Assembly: GCA_002633005.1 (NCBI GenBank)
Contig: NMRA01000087.1
Coordinates: 439,393 to 503,392, forward strand
From: Phoronis australis
Lineage: Eukaryota; Animalia; Phoronida
Reading direction: 5' to 3'
Length of the DNA: 64,000 nucleotides
The notes under the pieces were generated by a model that did no database searches, was not told where the DNA came from, and worked only from the letters and a program-made list of their open reading frames with translations. Shown in pieces: positions 12,302 through 25,360 of the stretch (positions are counted from its first letter, which is position 1; every line of letters begins with the position of its first letter). The translations under genes were made by a program, and so were the position numbers.

Positions 12302-13064
12302 ATAAGACCACAGTTCGAGTGGCTAATTCAGACGTTATCATAGTTGGTCTGGGTAAATAAAAGCTTTTGTTTTCACCCTTTCTCAAGGCACCTGAAAAGA
12401 CATAACTTACAGAGAGCACTCTCGATGACGTTTCTCAAAGCCATGACTTTTTGCACTGCTAAGTCCACAAAAAAAATGAAATGCCAAAAATGACCAAAAA
12501 TTTCGATTCTGGCCTTTCTGTGCATAAAGTCACAATGTCACGACTACCCCGATGCATGAAATGAAACAATGCTCTTCCACTAAAGATTCCAGAAATTTAG
12601 ATAATAATTTGTCATTACCAACCAGATTTTTGAAAGCTTCCACTTATCTGAAGGATGCCTGTATTCGCGCCAAAAATTAAACACTGAACAAGCTAGGATG
12701 TCCCGTTGTACATCTTTTTCTCAACGAAAATCGTGAAAATTATATTATTTTAATATTATTTTAATAATTTAATATTCACGATTTTCGTTAAACTTTAAAG
12801 TTCAGTACCAAGTCCACTGAAGCTCAAAGGCATTAGACGTATTTACTGACGTCTTGGGAATCGTCGCCGTTACGTTTGGCTTTCACTAGTGCAGCATCCG
12901 ACACTCCACCCTCTGATTAGCATTTCTCTGTTGTTTTTAACCTTGAACTCGCACTTGATCTCAAGATTATGTATCCGGCGTTCACTCAGTCTATCAGTGA
13001 CAGAAGAGATCGGTTTTCCTGGTTTCGCCTCTTGTTAACGCGCAATGACTGCGTACCACGTTAA

Positions 13065-14063
13065 AGGCGAAGGCAACCTTTTTCCATGTTATTTTGAGCT
13101 AAAATAAGGTTGGTTGGTTATCCTAGACATATTTTCCACTTAATTACAGCTTTTCGTAATTTTATAAATTACTCGTCCGCTACTCCGGAAGNNNNNNNNN
13201 NNNNNNNNNNNNNNNNNNNNNNNNNNNNNNNNNNNNNNNNNNNNNNNNNNNNNNNNNNNNNNNNNNNNNNNNNNNNNNNNNNNNNNNNNNNNNNNNNNNN
13301 NNNNNNNNATATCGCTGCAGGGCTGCTTAGAGGCTCTGGGCTGGAGAAAACAGCACAAGGCGAATCACCACTGGTTCCAGGACTTGCACGCTCTGGGGTA
13401 CGTTCGGAAGCACGGGTGACAGTAGATGAAATGCCTCCACTGGCTCCAGTCACCGTACTGGCCACAGCTCGCGAGGCTTCTCGCTTCACAAACGCACTTC
13501 TCGGGGGTGGCGACGGGGCACTGCCGGGAATCAACACAGACGGAATGGGATCCTTCTTCAGACGTTGTTTCGCAGGGACCTTCATCAGTTCAGCGTACAA
13601 ATCCCTTTTGTAATCGGATGGCAGAAAGTGCTAGCCACACACACGGTAATTCTCGACTGCTTTGTACGTTGCGTGGACGGGTAACGCTGCGTTCTTCACA
13701 CGAACGAGCCAAGTACGGCGAAGTGTGTCATCCATCGGAAAGCGATGCAAAGGTACTCCCAAAGCGAGCGTGAGCCGATAATTAGTACATCCCCGTACGC
13801 AGCAACAGTGTGGCATGTTGACTGACTAGTAAATGAAAGCAAACGACGACGGAGCTTAACACAACCGAGGTATAACAATGACTGACTCGGCAGCTCTCAC
13901 AGTCAGACTATATGAAAAGAAATTGGCGCGAAATGCTTGCCTCCTAAAACGTCACTTCCGGAATAAAATTACGAAAAGCTGTAATTAAGTGGAAAATGTA
14001 TCTAGGATAACCAACCAACCTTATTTTAGCTCAAAATGACATGGAAAAAGGTTGCCTTCCCCT
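13065..14063 (-). mobile_element. Kolobok-type non-autonomous element with about 100-bp TIRs and a THAP ORF
   Basis: TIRs 13065-13165 and 13963-14063; TTAA on both sides; AGG termini. Confidence 0.88.
13310..13816 (-). pseudogene. THAP zinc-finger ORF with one in-frame stop
   Basis: MPHCCCVRGC...LHRFP.D...R..W...RVCG*HF...LKKDPIPS; ORFs 13631-13816 and 13169-13600 are in the same frame; runs into an N gap. Confidence 0.85.
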
Positions 14064-16204
14064 TTAACGTTTCCAAAAATTGTCATGGATGACGATACAA
14101 CGCAGCGTGCCCTGCTTTGACAGTGTTTTAGAACTAGAGCAAAGCCGTGTCGTGATTATGATATGCTTTGTTTACAATAAACGGAGCATTTATCATTCCA
14201 TACCGTTTTCACATTAGCGCGCGTGTTTGACAATCAAGTGCAACCTCTAGCATATGTGATAAGACACAGATCACTGGCATGGCTTCGCTGTCCAAGTGCA
14301 TCGTGCCGTGAAGTCCAAAGCGAGCAATTGTGGTTTGTTGAGGTAAGAAATTTAATAATGTTTGCGTGGTTTAAAACCGTTGCCGTTACCAATCTGAACA
14401 TCTGAGTAAAAAGTTAAATTCGGTTAGAAAAGGAAAGGGTCGGATTTAGAATTTTCAGTTGAAATATATGTTTTAAAATGTTATACGCTTGGGTGATATG
14501 ACTCTTCCAACGTCAATCCGATGAGTTTGCGGCAGAAACATGTTCTTAACGGTCAGAAGTCGGGCGATTGTCTTCATTGTTGGCGCATTTAGTCGTCGAA
14601 TGTCAGCAATCGTTACTCACGTCTGATGAAAGATTGGGATAGAACTCAATGGGCGGGATCGGCATGTGACTAAGGCATACTAAGGCAATTGCACTCAATA
14701 CATGGAAATTAAAAATACTCACATTACCCTGGTTACAGATGTTAGTCACTAATTTATGACGTAACTGTCACGTTTATTACGTATTGTTGCATCAACACCT
14801 AATGAACATATTTTGCAGGTCTAAAGCCACCATTCGATTTTGTTCTGTGGCTCCTCCACAAATGAAAAATGGACGGGCCAGGTTTGATGGCAATTATGTA
14901 GATTACATAGATAGTAATTGCCGCGAATAGTATTCAGTAGTTCTCTGAAGTTGCTTTTAGCAAAAATTCTACTATCTGGTGTCTGCTCTTTTTCACTCAG
15001 ATCGGGAAGTCCCGCCATTTTGAAAGTACTTCCTTGTTCAGGCCGAAATTTTAGCAGTAAATCCATATAGCTTCAGGCAGATGGACATTGGAAATATGTG
15101 GTTGGTAATGACATTTTTCACTTTAAATTTCTGGAATCTTATCACTTGCGTTTGGAATCTTTCTTCCACTGTGAGATCGTGAATCTGTGATTTTAGGGAG
15201 GAAAATGCCAAGTTCGCGTCCTTGTCATTTTGGGTATAAGAATTTTTTCTCTGGTAAACATACCAACGCAAAAAGATATGACCTTTTTCAGACTTTCTTT
15301 ATCGATGAGAACTCCATTGATTGAACTTTCTGAAGTTATGCATTTTTATCAAGTATCCAAAGGTGGAGTGGTAACAAGGGTTTTTGTTGAACCAGTATGT
15401 CATTTCGCCGACATCAGCCCGTCGAAGTGTATTCTAAGCCTGCAGATTGTTGGTAATGCAAGCTGGAAGTCGTCACTTCTTGCGTAGTTATGACGTATAT
15501 GTAATGGTCTGCTTCAACCTTGCAAGATAGCAGTTGTCATTAACGTTGAGTTTTGATTTTTCAGTTTGGACTCAGTTTTGATGTGTTCAAGCAAGATTTG
15601 AGTCACATGGCGAAAATTTAAGCTTTGAAATTTGACCCTTATGGGTTAGTGAACTGTATAGATTTGCTTTGAATAAATCGAATTTTGTGAGCAGAAATTT
15701 ATTGAAACAAACCCAACGTTAAGAACCACGAAAAAATTCCCTGCCATCATTTAGAGTGAACACCTGTGTACTTGAAGATTATGTGGATCCCTTTTAATCA
15801 GCTTATCTACCTGACTTAAAAGTTGATGAATTGGTTTGAATTCCTCGTGATTTTGTCTGTATTCATCGATAGTTTGAGCTACAGACTGTAGTGCTTTATG
15901 GGATTTATGGGGATAAGAAGTTGTATTTTGGTCTTTTCGCCGTCGCACGTGGTAATAGAAAAAATGCTTAGGAAAGCTGCTCTTGTTAAATCCTTTTCGT
16001 TGTGTACGTCTGCGCCACGTAGATTCATAAAGGATATTTGGTGTGGCCATTTTAGAATGAATAATTGTGTTGATTGTAATTACTGAAGTTACAGCAACCT
16101 ATAGAAGTACAGCAACTCATCTTCATTTTCTGTTGCCGTTTGGAACAGTTTTGTGTGATTTCAGGTCAGTACAGGCGGGTAGAATTTAGAATATTAATCA
16201 AAAA

Positions 16205-17496
16205 ACAAGAGCAACGCGGAGCTTTGAAATGTGCCCACGAATGCATTGCAAATGGTGTGCATTTACAGTTATTTATATGTATCATAAAAATGGCCACTAG
16301 ATGGCGCAAAAACATACAATCCATTCAAAAACAGAAATATGCCATATTTCATAAAAATCTGTCAAGGAAATTCACAGAAACAAAGGAAAACAGAATAAAA
16401 TGAAATTGCCACTAGCGGGCACAGTGTCCGTTGGATCAGCCTGGAAGTCGTCGTCGTCTGTTGTTACCTTCATATAAATACACTTACTAAATTTAGTAAA
16501 GATCCTGCAGTGGGTTTAGGAGATACAACTATGGGCGCGAAACAAAACTACCACTAGGAGGCGCCACAGTAGTCAGTCACCATCATCAAAGGTCATCTTC
16601 ACACAGAGAACATACAATATGCCAATTTTCAAATGATTTGGTTGATACAGGGGTGGACACTAAAAACAAGATTTGAAAACGGCAAAAAATGGCCACTAGG
16701 TGGTGCAAAATACCTCGATTCCATCTAAAAACAGAAAGATAGCGTCATCACACCAATAGATGCTTATATTTAAAATTTTACGAAAATCTGTTGAGGACCT
16801 TTGAAGATACTGAGTTACACGTAAAAAAAATAAAATTGTCACTAGCAGGCACAGCAGTAGTCAGAACTGTCCGAAAGTCATCCGAAGTCAACATCATATA
16901 AATACACCTGCTAAATTAAGTAAAGATCTTGCGAACGGTTTAGGAGATACAGCCATAGGCGCAACAAAAACAAAAATGCCACTAGCAGGCGCCACAGTAG
17001 TCGAAATCGGAAAATCATCATCAACCGTCCTCTTCATAGTAAGCACATACATGCCAGTTTTCACAATCATCCTTTGAGCGGTTTGGTTGATAGAGGGGTG
17101 GACGCAAAAAAAACAGTATAAAATGGCCACTAGGTGGCGCAAACTACGTCGCATCCATCCGAAAACGGGCGGATAACGTCATCTCACTAATAGGTGCCTA
17201 CATACCGAATTTCATGAAAATCAGTTCAGGACTTATAAAGATACAAAGGTAAGCGTAAAAAACTAAAATTGCCACTAGGGGGCACACCGGTATTCGAATC
17301 CGTCCGAAAGTTCGCTCATGCCGTCCCAATAATGAATGGAACACATGTGCCAAATTTATTGAACGTTAGTCAAAGGGTTTTGGAGATAGAGCAGCGGACG
17401 CCGGACGCCGGACGGACGCCGCCCGGACGGATGAACGGACGGACGGACGGAGATGACGGCATAATGCGTCCACAAATAAATATGTGGGCGCATAAT
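16205..17496 (+). mobile_element. Helentron-associated (HINE / Pearl-like) non-autonomous element with a tandem core array
   Basis: AACAAGAG start; sub-TIR TGTGCCCAC / GTGGGCGCA; eight core units of about 144 bp; (GGAC)n microsatellite at 17394-17450; terminal hairpin ATGCGTCCACA..TGTGGGCGCAT; A-rich flanks. Confidence 0.75.
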
Positions 17497-17802
17497 AAAA
17501 TAAAATTGAAAAAGTAAGAATGTATCGCCTCAAATGTAACAGAAGCAGAGAAAAAGTGACCGCCTTAAGTGAAATTCACATGCATGACCAGTCAAGAGCT
17601 TGCATTAATTTCTTCGTCCCGCACGGGGGTCCTAAAAAATTCGGTTAGAATATTATTATCGCAGACAGAGACTGTTGATGGCATATCACGACGGGATATC
17701 ACAGCAGGGTAACTAAACCTGTATGCCACTTGTCATGATCTCGTTTACGAACGTATTTAATATTCGATATCCTATATGTAGTCAGGTACATTTTGAACTT
17801 AC

Positions 17803-17916
17803 TGCAGTTGGCGTACCGCTCATCACTATCGTCTTGACAGTCGTCAAATCCGTCACAGGTTCTGGACGCAGCAATGCATTTGCCGTTACGACATCGAAAC
17901 TGGTTCTGTTTGCACT
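17803..17916 (-). CDS. LDL-receptor class A exon ([14 protein letters not shown]...[14 protein letters not shown]...NC)
   Basis: Translated by hand; tgcag and gtaagt; 114 bp, phase 1-1. Confidence 0.92.
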
Positions 17917-18742
17917 CTGCAAGAGTCAGAACATGTCACATGCTACAGTGAGTAATGTCGAAGACGGGCTACATAACGGCATTTTAAGGAATTATTCTTT
18001 GGACGTATCTCCTACACCCTCAGCCTACTCACATAACATTTCTTGCCCGGTTTTCAGAACTTAAAAAACGAATCATGTGTGCTTTTCACGAACTATTCAA
18101 ATAAGCCTTTTAGAAAATGTTATTGTCATCCCCAGTATGTTTATGATTGGTCTGATTGTATAGAGAACGATAATACCAGCAGCCTTAGGCGATGTAATCA
18201 ACTGCAACAGCATGGTGTCTTTGAACATTGCAGGCAGCTTTCGAGGTACGCACACAGGTCGAATGCACAATCTCGACCGGTGAGGGTGTAAACGTAGGAT
18301 TCTTTTCATGATGTCAGTGTTACTTTTTATCCTAGTTACATGAATTTGCATTTCCGTAAGCCATTTGTATACCGCACACCACAGCAATGGGATTTCACAG
18401 GCATTATGAAAGTAGGAAAGGTTTTAACGGTGTAGAGACCAGTAGGTAGAAACCGCTCGACCACCAAAGACCTGATCGCCGTCTGGCGGGATACTGATTT
18501 CAAAATGGTGCTGTTATTTCGAAAATCAGCGATTGGCTACAAGGAGCATTCATAAGGTAAACACGCTTAAATAAACAAATAGTAGAATTGTCAACTGCCT
18601 TCGCGATTCAAGGGGCACTAACTAGTAATGTGTGACATTCCATCATCCAGACCATCAAATTGTTTGACCGCAATGTCCCGATTTTTCTCAAGTTTACTTT
18701 AAAGTACCTTACCCGTTTGAAGAGCGTCAAAACCGTAATTAA

Positions 18743-19410
18743 GGTGGCACTGAATAGTTAGGCTGCGGCCGCGGCCAATTTGCACTCCCAAAATATTAAA
18801 ATTTGGGGGTAGGCCAAGTTTGGGGGCATTTTGTAGGTGGGCATTGCATGTAGGCTCAGTGAATGGGGTTTGTTTGCATTTGTGAACATGCTGAGAATAA
18901 AAAAGGTCACTTTCTCGGTTGTAGCTGCACTCTTCTTCAAGATGGCGGCCCCCGGTTGCAATTGTGCATTGCTGGGTAGCGACTAGCGACTGAGAAATTG
19001 GCCGCGATTTCAGGTAGCCCTCTAACAAGCCAGATTTGCCAAAAAAAACTAGTTGGTTGACAGTACTTTTGGACCACATTTTCAGAATCTGTAGGAAATT
19101 TGCTTTCAGAATCTATTGTTGGTTTTAATCGTGCATCGGCAAGGAAGCGGTGATTTCAGGGTGAAAAGTGCCGATTTTGCATTTTTTGCCCTTATTTTTC
19201 TTAGTTCAGTTTGGTTTCCACTGGGAGTGAAAGGGTCAAAAATACAAGAGAGTACAAAGTTTCTGTGCTAATCTGTAGGGCTTGTGATGTGAAATAACTC
19301 AAAACTTTTCTTTATTTGCATGCAGTTTTTGACAGAGTGAAGAAAGGGTGAAGAGTCCATGGACGCGTGTTCTGATAGGCAAATCCCTATAAGAACTGTT
19401 CAGTGCCTCC
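18743..19410. mobile_element. MITE, PIF/Harbinger-like (GG termini, TAA TSD)
   Basis: GGTGGCACTGAATAGTT / AACTGTTCAGTGCCTCC (15 of 17 match); TAA on both flanks. Confidence 0.65.
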
Positions 19411-19467
19411 TAAGGAAATGAAAAGACTGACAAGGCCGCCATATCATTATTAGCACAATTAAGACCG

Positions 19468-19469
<2 letters not shown>

Positions 19470-19513
<44 letters not shown>
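19470..19513. repeat. (TA)n microsatellite
   Basis: Visible pure TA run. Confidence 0.95.
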
Positions 19514-19521
<8 letters not shown>

Positions 19522-19983
19522 AAGCGCAAGGAAATCCATCTGCATCCATGAATTCTCCTGTATATGACACAAACCTAGCTGAAATTGGGTTATGTCACTA
19601 CACTAGCCCTATTCATGCCAACACAATACGCTTCCATATTTGGTAATACAGGGATGGATATGTGGTATCACGTGCATCACGTCGTCGAAAGTGTTAAAAA
19701 GCACGGGACAGAGACATTTACATTTTACTCTGCCTACACAAGAAGCGAATCTGTTCCGAGCTGAGGAACAGCTATTTGCCGGTGAGTTAATTAAGTATAT
19801 CTGTGTCTGAAATGTTTGCCGTTGTTTGTCGTTTTCCATTAGAATCTAAAGAATTGTGTTGAACTCCGTCTCAGTGAGCTTGGATTATTCAATGAAGCGC
19901 TGGGAATCTTAGGTTACAATCATTTCCCAAAGTATGATGCTGCAGGAAGTTTTCCATTACAGAGAACATAGCAAATGAAATAC

Positions 19984-20198
19984 TTTCCCTTGACTATAAC
20001 CTTTATCTGTTCTGCTGTGTAACAGGTTCAGTCTCTTGTGAAATCCTGTCCAATAATAGTCTCCACTTTCCCCTACGCCATTTATTGTGTAATTAGCCAG
20101 AATGTTGTACATCCAGTACGTCTTTTTCCAGCCGCATTTCAGCAACGCAAACCGGAGATCCGTATTATTTGTTTCGTAATACAACCCAATACATTCGT
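19984..20198 (-). CDS. Probable exon of the same gene; degenerate C-type-lectin-like segment (ECIGLYY...A..KC...YYWTG)
   Basis: ccacag acceptor, open frame, phase 1 start. Candidate exons 19722-19771 and 18177-18331 complete a phase-consistent chain (1-0, 0-2, 2-1) into the LDLa exon at 17916, but have no recognisable motif. Confidence 0.5.
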
Positions 20199-20743
20199 CT
20201 GTGGAAGAGCAGGTGTAAAAGTGTAATATCTTTCTTCGTGGATTCGAGACACTTGCCTCTTCATGTGTTATATCATTTTGTTGTTTGGTCTATTTATCTA
20301 AGTTCTTTGTAAGACCTAAATGGAGACCTGTTTCTGGCATTCCTGTGACGAACAAAGCAAATCGACCAACTGATGTAACGGGCAGTTGTTTAACACAAAA
20401 TGAGTCGCAAAACAGAGAATTAAGCTAGCAGTGAATTGAAATGCTCTGTTCCTTGATAGTTAGTGACTTAATAAGGATGATACGTGATTATTTTGCATCG
20501 CTCTTGGTACAATAGTTTACTAAATTTGCTTCTGTATTGAATTCACTTCTATTCCGATTTCAGAAACTAAGAACTCTCTTCAAGTGAACTTCGTTGTTTT
20601 GGATTTTCTTAAAAAAAACAAAAGTTGCTTGATGAAACGAAATGTTCTAAGTGTGAGTCATCAAATATAAAGAAGTGGCAGAAGAAGGAAGATCTTAGCA
20701 TTCATTTGATGTAAATTCACTGATTGTTTAATTCCTGTTACAG

Positions 20744-23700
20744 ATGTGTGACAAATGCCAACAAGACAGGCCGCATGGGACCTCACAGAGAAAGTCAAGC
20801 TTGTGCAATACTGATGGGTAGTCTACGGTTTAAGAACCTAGACCCTTGCAGAAAGGATTAGGGACGCCAAAGGAACCTCGCCTCCTGGGGCACCTGCCCC
20901 TGAGGAAGGAACATCTGTTGTACAACAATCTTGTACAGATCAGGATACATGTTAACACGTTATAGATGTCAAAAACTATTCTGCATCTGGTCTGACTTTG
21001 AAATGCACCGAGTCTACTGATCGTTACGCGCCAAGTATGACTTGTACGTCCAATGAACACTCAAAATCAGTTATTGCAACAAATAAGTCACTAACGTCCA
21101 GCCAAGAGAAAACTTCAGATGACTCTAACCAAATTATTGTCATTGACGATAGCGATGACGAGGATGACGGCAACGACGAGGTGAACGGGATTAGTTGGGT
21201 AGTTGTTGATCTACGATCTAAGTTTGACGTAATAGAACTAGGTCACATGAAAATCCCTTGTATTTATGGAAACAGTGTTCTATACGCAGCTTTACAGACG
21301 ATGAGTGCAAAGTTGTTAGCCAAATTTATGAAGGTAGTAGAACTAGGCGAGATGCATGTCCAGAGTTATGAGATGACCAAAGAAGAGGCCAGTGTGTTTA
21401 ACAGTATTAATAGCCAGTCGTGCAACAAAGAGTTTGGAGAGCATGGATACAAGACTGGGAACTTGCTAATTAAGTTTTTAGACTTCAAAGTATTTTATTG
21501 GAATCTTATACATTACTACCAGAACATGTATGTGAAGACTGGCTGGTACAGGGTGAATGATTGTACAAACACTCCATATGTGGAGGACACGATGTCCGAT
21601 ATGTGCCACTTTCGGCGATGCTGCAGGCCGCAAATCTTTTCACACAGAAAGATTGTGTGGACATAGTTCAGGTGGATGATGGGGAACTTTTGGGTTTGAA
21701 CAGGGAATTTCTTGGTATCGAAACCTTTGGACCCACCACCAAGCTCGTATCAGTTAACATAATCATCCGAACTGTAAAGAGATCATTGAGTTGAGTGAGA
21801 ATCCGTACAAATTAATCTCCCGTAAAACCATCAGCAATGCAACATCTTTTTGCGTGTCAGTGGATAGACCGAATGTCATCTCTTTTATCAGAGACCACTG
21901 CAGTGTCCCAGTCTTCTACTTCCACAAGTGTTCCTGATGTGGCGTCTAGTCTACACTGGTTAGTTTTCTTACCCCATCTGAAACTAGGAGTATGAGTTTG
22001 TCAACTGATGCTTCTCATCTGCTTAGAAGGTCACGCGCGCCACCAACCTTTGGTAAGACAATAAAGAATCACTTTTTCGATGAGCCACTCATGCTTCTTG
22101 ACTTGCCATGCCAGAATGAAACTGGTAGAGTACCATTTAGTACTTCGGCCAGCCACACCAGTGACACATGTGTGTCTGACAGTGACAGTCAGCATAACCA
22201 TGAGCAGTGTTCTAAATTGCACCCAGGATATCCACAAGAAGATAAGGAGAAACCATATATGTCAACATTTGCTATACACATTGGTTCTCACATTGGACAG
22301 CCGGTTCCTGGAAGCCAACTTTTCCAGAGGTTCCTCAATTACAATACGCATACCATCCACCATTTCCCGTCGAGTAACCAGCTCGGTCAGGCTCCAGTTC
22401 ACCAAAGATTTTGTTCCCCATACTTGCCTCATCCTTCTCATTCACGTCATTGCCATTAGAAGATCTACAAATGCTCAGAGCCTCTATTCATCATCAAGAG
22501 CAGCGTGCCGTATTCAATGGCCATGCTACTCACCAGGGATACCTGATGCAGCGTCATCTGTTCTCAGCTTTGTTTGGAAACACTGCTGCTGTTTCTCAGT
22601 CGAGACCTAAAAATCGCGACAGTCAGCCAGCATGGATCCAGTACAATTATCCAAATACTCTGAACCCTTATTGTGGTCTATCCCAAGCAAGCGACCCTGA
22701 AGCTCAGAAAAATCTATCAAAGCACCAGCCTGGACTTATTTGCTCGTCTCCAACTGGTCCCACGCAACCTCACCACGTATGCGAGCTCGACTGCATTCAA
22801 GATTCTCCCCCGTCCGATTTCAAGCAGACAATTGGGGATACGAATGTAATTTAACACGGGCGAGGATCGATTCTGCAAGCATTCCCCCAGCTGCCATTCA
22901 TACCTCGGTAATGGGATCAGTTAGATCACAGCCGTCACTTGATTACACAGCACCTATACCTCCAGGCAGTAGATACCCCGCCATTAACGTCTCGTCACCT
23001 GTCGAAGGGAGTGCTGAAACTTTTATTCCGCCAACTTCAGTCTCGTTGAGTACACGTCATTCTAGTCTTGGAAAGTATCATCAAGGAAGACACGTGACGG
23101 CTTTGCAAATTAGCACAACATCAGCTCTAAGTGTTTTTTTGATCAGTCTGCTGTACCAATGTCTACAACCGGATGCACGGCATCAACGACCGCTCAGTCT
23201 AAATACTTTGTAAACGCAAACGCATTGAAAAACTTGAAAGAGCTTCTTGGGAGAGCAGGTGCAAAGCATCCTGTCAAAAGTGACATAGCAAATTACAACA
23301 CAGGAAGCGTGGAACGTAAAGCGACACATCCATTAAAAGAAACGGCGCCGAATAATTCTAATGCGCATACAGTTGGCGTTCCGTCAAAGTTTATCAAAGA
23401 TGTCAGTAATGTAATCTCGAATCTGTCAAAAGTCAAAATCATTAAGCCAACTAAAAAGCCGTTGACGCATACAGGGGAGAAGGACAACTATTCTGAACGA
23501 GGCCTTGAGTGCTTTCGAAAGCTTATGTTGATGAGTTTACTTAAGGATCAAACGAAAAAGACGAACAACCTTGGTAGAGCTCTTCAGAAGATAAACAATC
23601 CGTTGTGTATAAACCTACCAGTGCAAACCGTGAAGAATAATATATACGATCCGTTTAATGAAGCAAACGGTCAGGCATTCTGTCAGGACTCCTCGCAAGA

Positions 23701-23839
23701 AACAGTTGAGTTCACTGAGGACGACGGTGAAGATTCCTTCTGTATTCCCGTAAGCAAAAAAGTGTCATCGAAAAATAACTCTGCGCTCATTAGCTCCTTG
23801 GATTCTTTGTCAGAGTTGCACGAGGTTGCAATATTATAA
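20744..23839 (+). pseudogene. Disrupted long single-exon ORF: conserved-looking duplicated domain (IPCIYG...Y.A....KLL / GW.RVN...PYV...RYVPL) followed by low-complexity S/P/Q/H-rich sequence
   Basis: A chain of overlapping ORFs in shifting frames (20998-21666, 21561-21794, 21992-22459, 22411-22854, 22740-23213, 23159-23839); acceptor plus ATG at 20742-20746; clear frameshift near 21580. Confidence 0.6.
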
Positions 23840-25360
23840 TAGAGGTTCAAGGAAAGCCTTTCAGTTTGTTTTCTCCGTGGGCAGGTCTCGTTCATTACTG
23901 AAATTTACTCAATAGATACGACGTCCGCGTTCAAATGGCCCACCCTGTGGCTATGGTTTGAACAAACGAGTTGCACCTGATGTGCAATTACCGCTCTAAA
24001 TTTAGCTGAAAGTATATGAGACTGTGGTTTGTATGTTGTGGACTTTTGAAGGGGATATTTGTTAACTCACACTGTAGACTGTTGACACATGCACGTATCT
24101 AGTGACCTTTTAGAAGACCGTGAATAACGTCCCATTTAGTGTAGATCAGTTCTTTGTCTGAACATTCTCAATTGGCACTACTGTTGACGGAACGATGCGA
24201 GACATTGTTGTTGCTATTTTTGTTCATCGTTATTTCAAATTTTTTACTGTCGTGCAGAGCCTGCTAATGTCGTTCTCGTAGTGTTTCTCCGTGTGCACAC
24301 GTCGATAAAATTCATGAAAGCAGCATTAAACCCGTTTTTTTTCAAAAAAATAAGTTTTCATTTAAGTCACTTACCGTAATATAATTGGTCTTATTTTTTC
24401 ATTTAGTTACATGTTGTCTGTGCACGTAAACAACTGACCAAGCTCACTTCAATTTCCTTTCACAGGCGTCTGAACAGGTACATTTCAAACTACTTCAAGT
24501 TTGGCCACATGTTTATTTGTAACTTTGTAAGGTTGTATTCGGTTAAGAGATCATCATGATGAAGGTAAAGGCATTAGTCGTACAGATTACCAACAAGACA
24601 GCACTCTTTTCGCTTTTGACCACATCTCGACCTCTCTGGCAGCTCTTATTTCACCTCATAAATCATGGAAACATGCGCGTTTAAGTTTTTTCGATAAGCC
24701 CTTACCGAGTATCATCAACATTCTCTTGTACGCCGAGTTCGAAAACGTAATCGAAATCGATCGCTTCAGGAATGTCCTGTTGGACTTAACGCATCGAGGA
24801 TCGCGAATACGGACGGCACTGAAGACATCTTTTTGCAGGATTTATTCGTTGTACCAGTGTTTGTGGATGCTTCCCGAGTAACCAGCTCAAAGCCGTTCGC
24901 AAGAAACAGTATCCAACTGCCATAGGTTTGTAATTACGAACCCAGCGCACTGAATGAACCCACCACGCACTGGTTGGCAATGTACTTGAAAGGCCAGCGT
25001 GGATAATAATGTTTTCATTCTTATGAGACCGTGTCCTTAATCAAAGATATTTGTGATTTATTTTAGTCTTCGTAATACCGTTTCTTGGAGAACCAACGGT
25101 GGCCCGTTTCATGAAATATGACTTACTGTGCGAATAAAATTTTCAGACCAAAAATTGGTGAAGACCAAAAACCAGGCTAAGTTCAGACCGAAGACGAAAC
25201 TTTGGAAAAGATCGTTTCATGAACACTAAGTCCGTATTTGGTCTTCGGTTTTCACAGACAGAAATTTAGTCGAGTTATGGCATAATTTATTTCATTGGGT
25301 GAGCATACAAACTACGCTTTCGCTACCTGTTGCGAATTCATAAAAACTAACCGAGACAGA

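Noticed and set aside
12723-12789. 15-bp inverted repeat around an AT-rich loop
   Set aside because: Short and low complexity; no evidence of function
14621-14679. Small candidate exon with a gtgagt donor
   Set aside because: Two alternative acceptors and no downstream exon found that restores phase 1; unresolved
16290-17290. Regularly spaced short repeats resembling a CRISPR array
   Set aside because: The spacers are homologous to each other, the repeats are degenerate, the context is eukaryotic and there are no cas genes; it is a tandem core array
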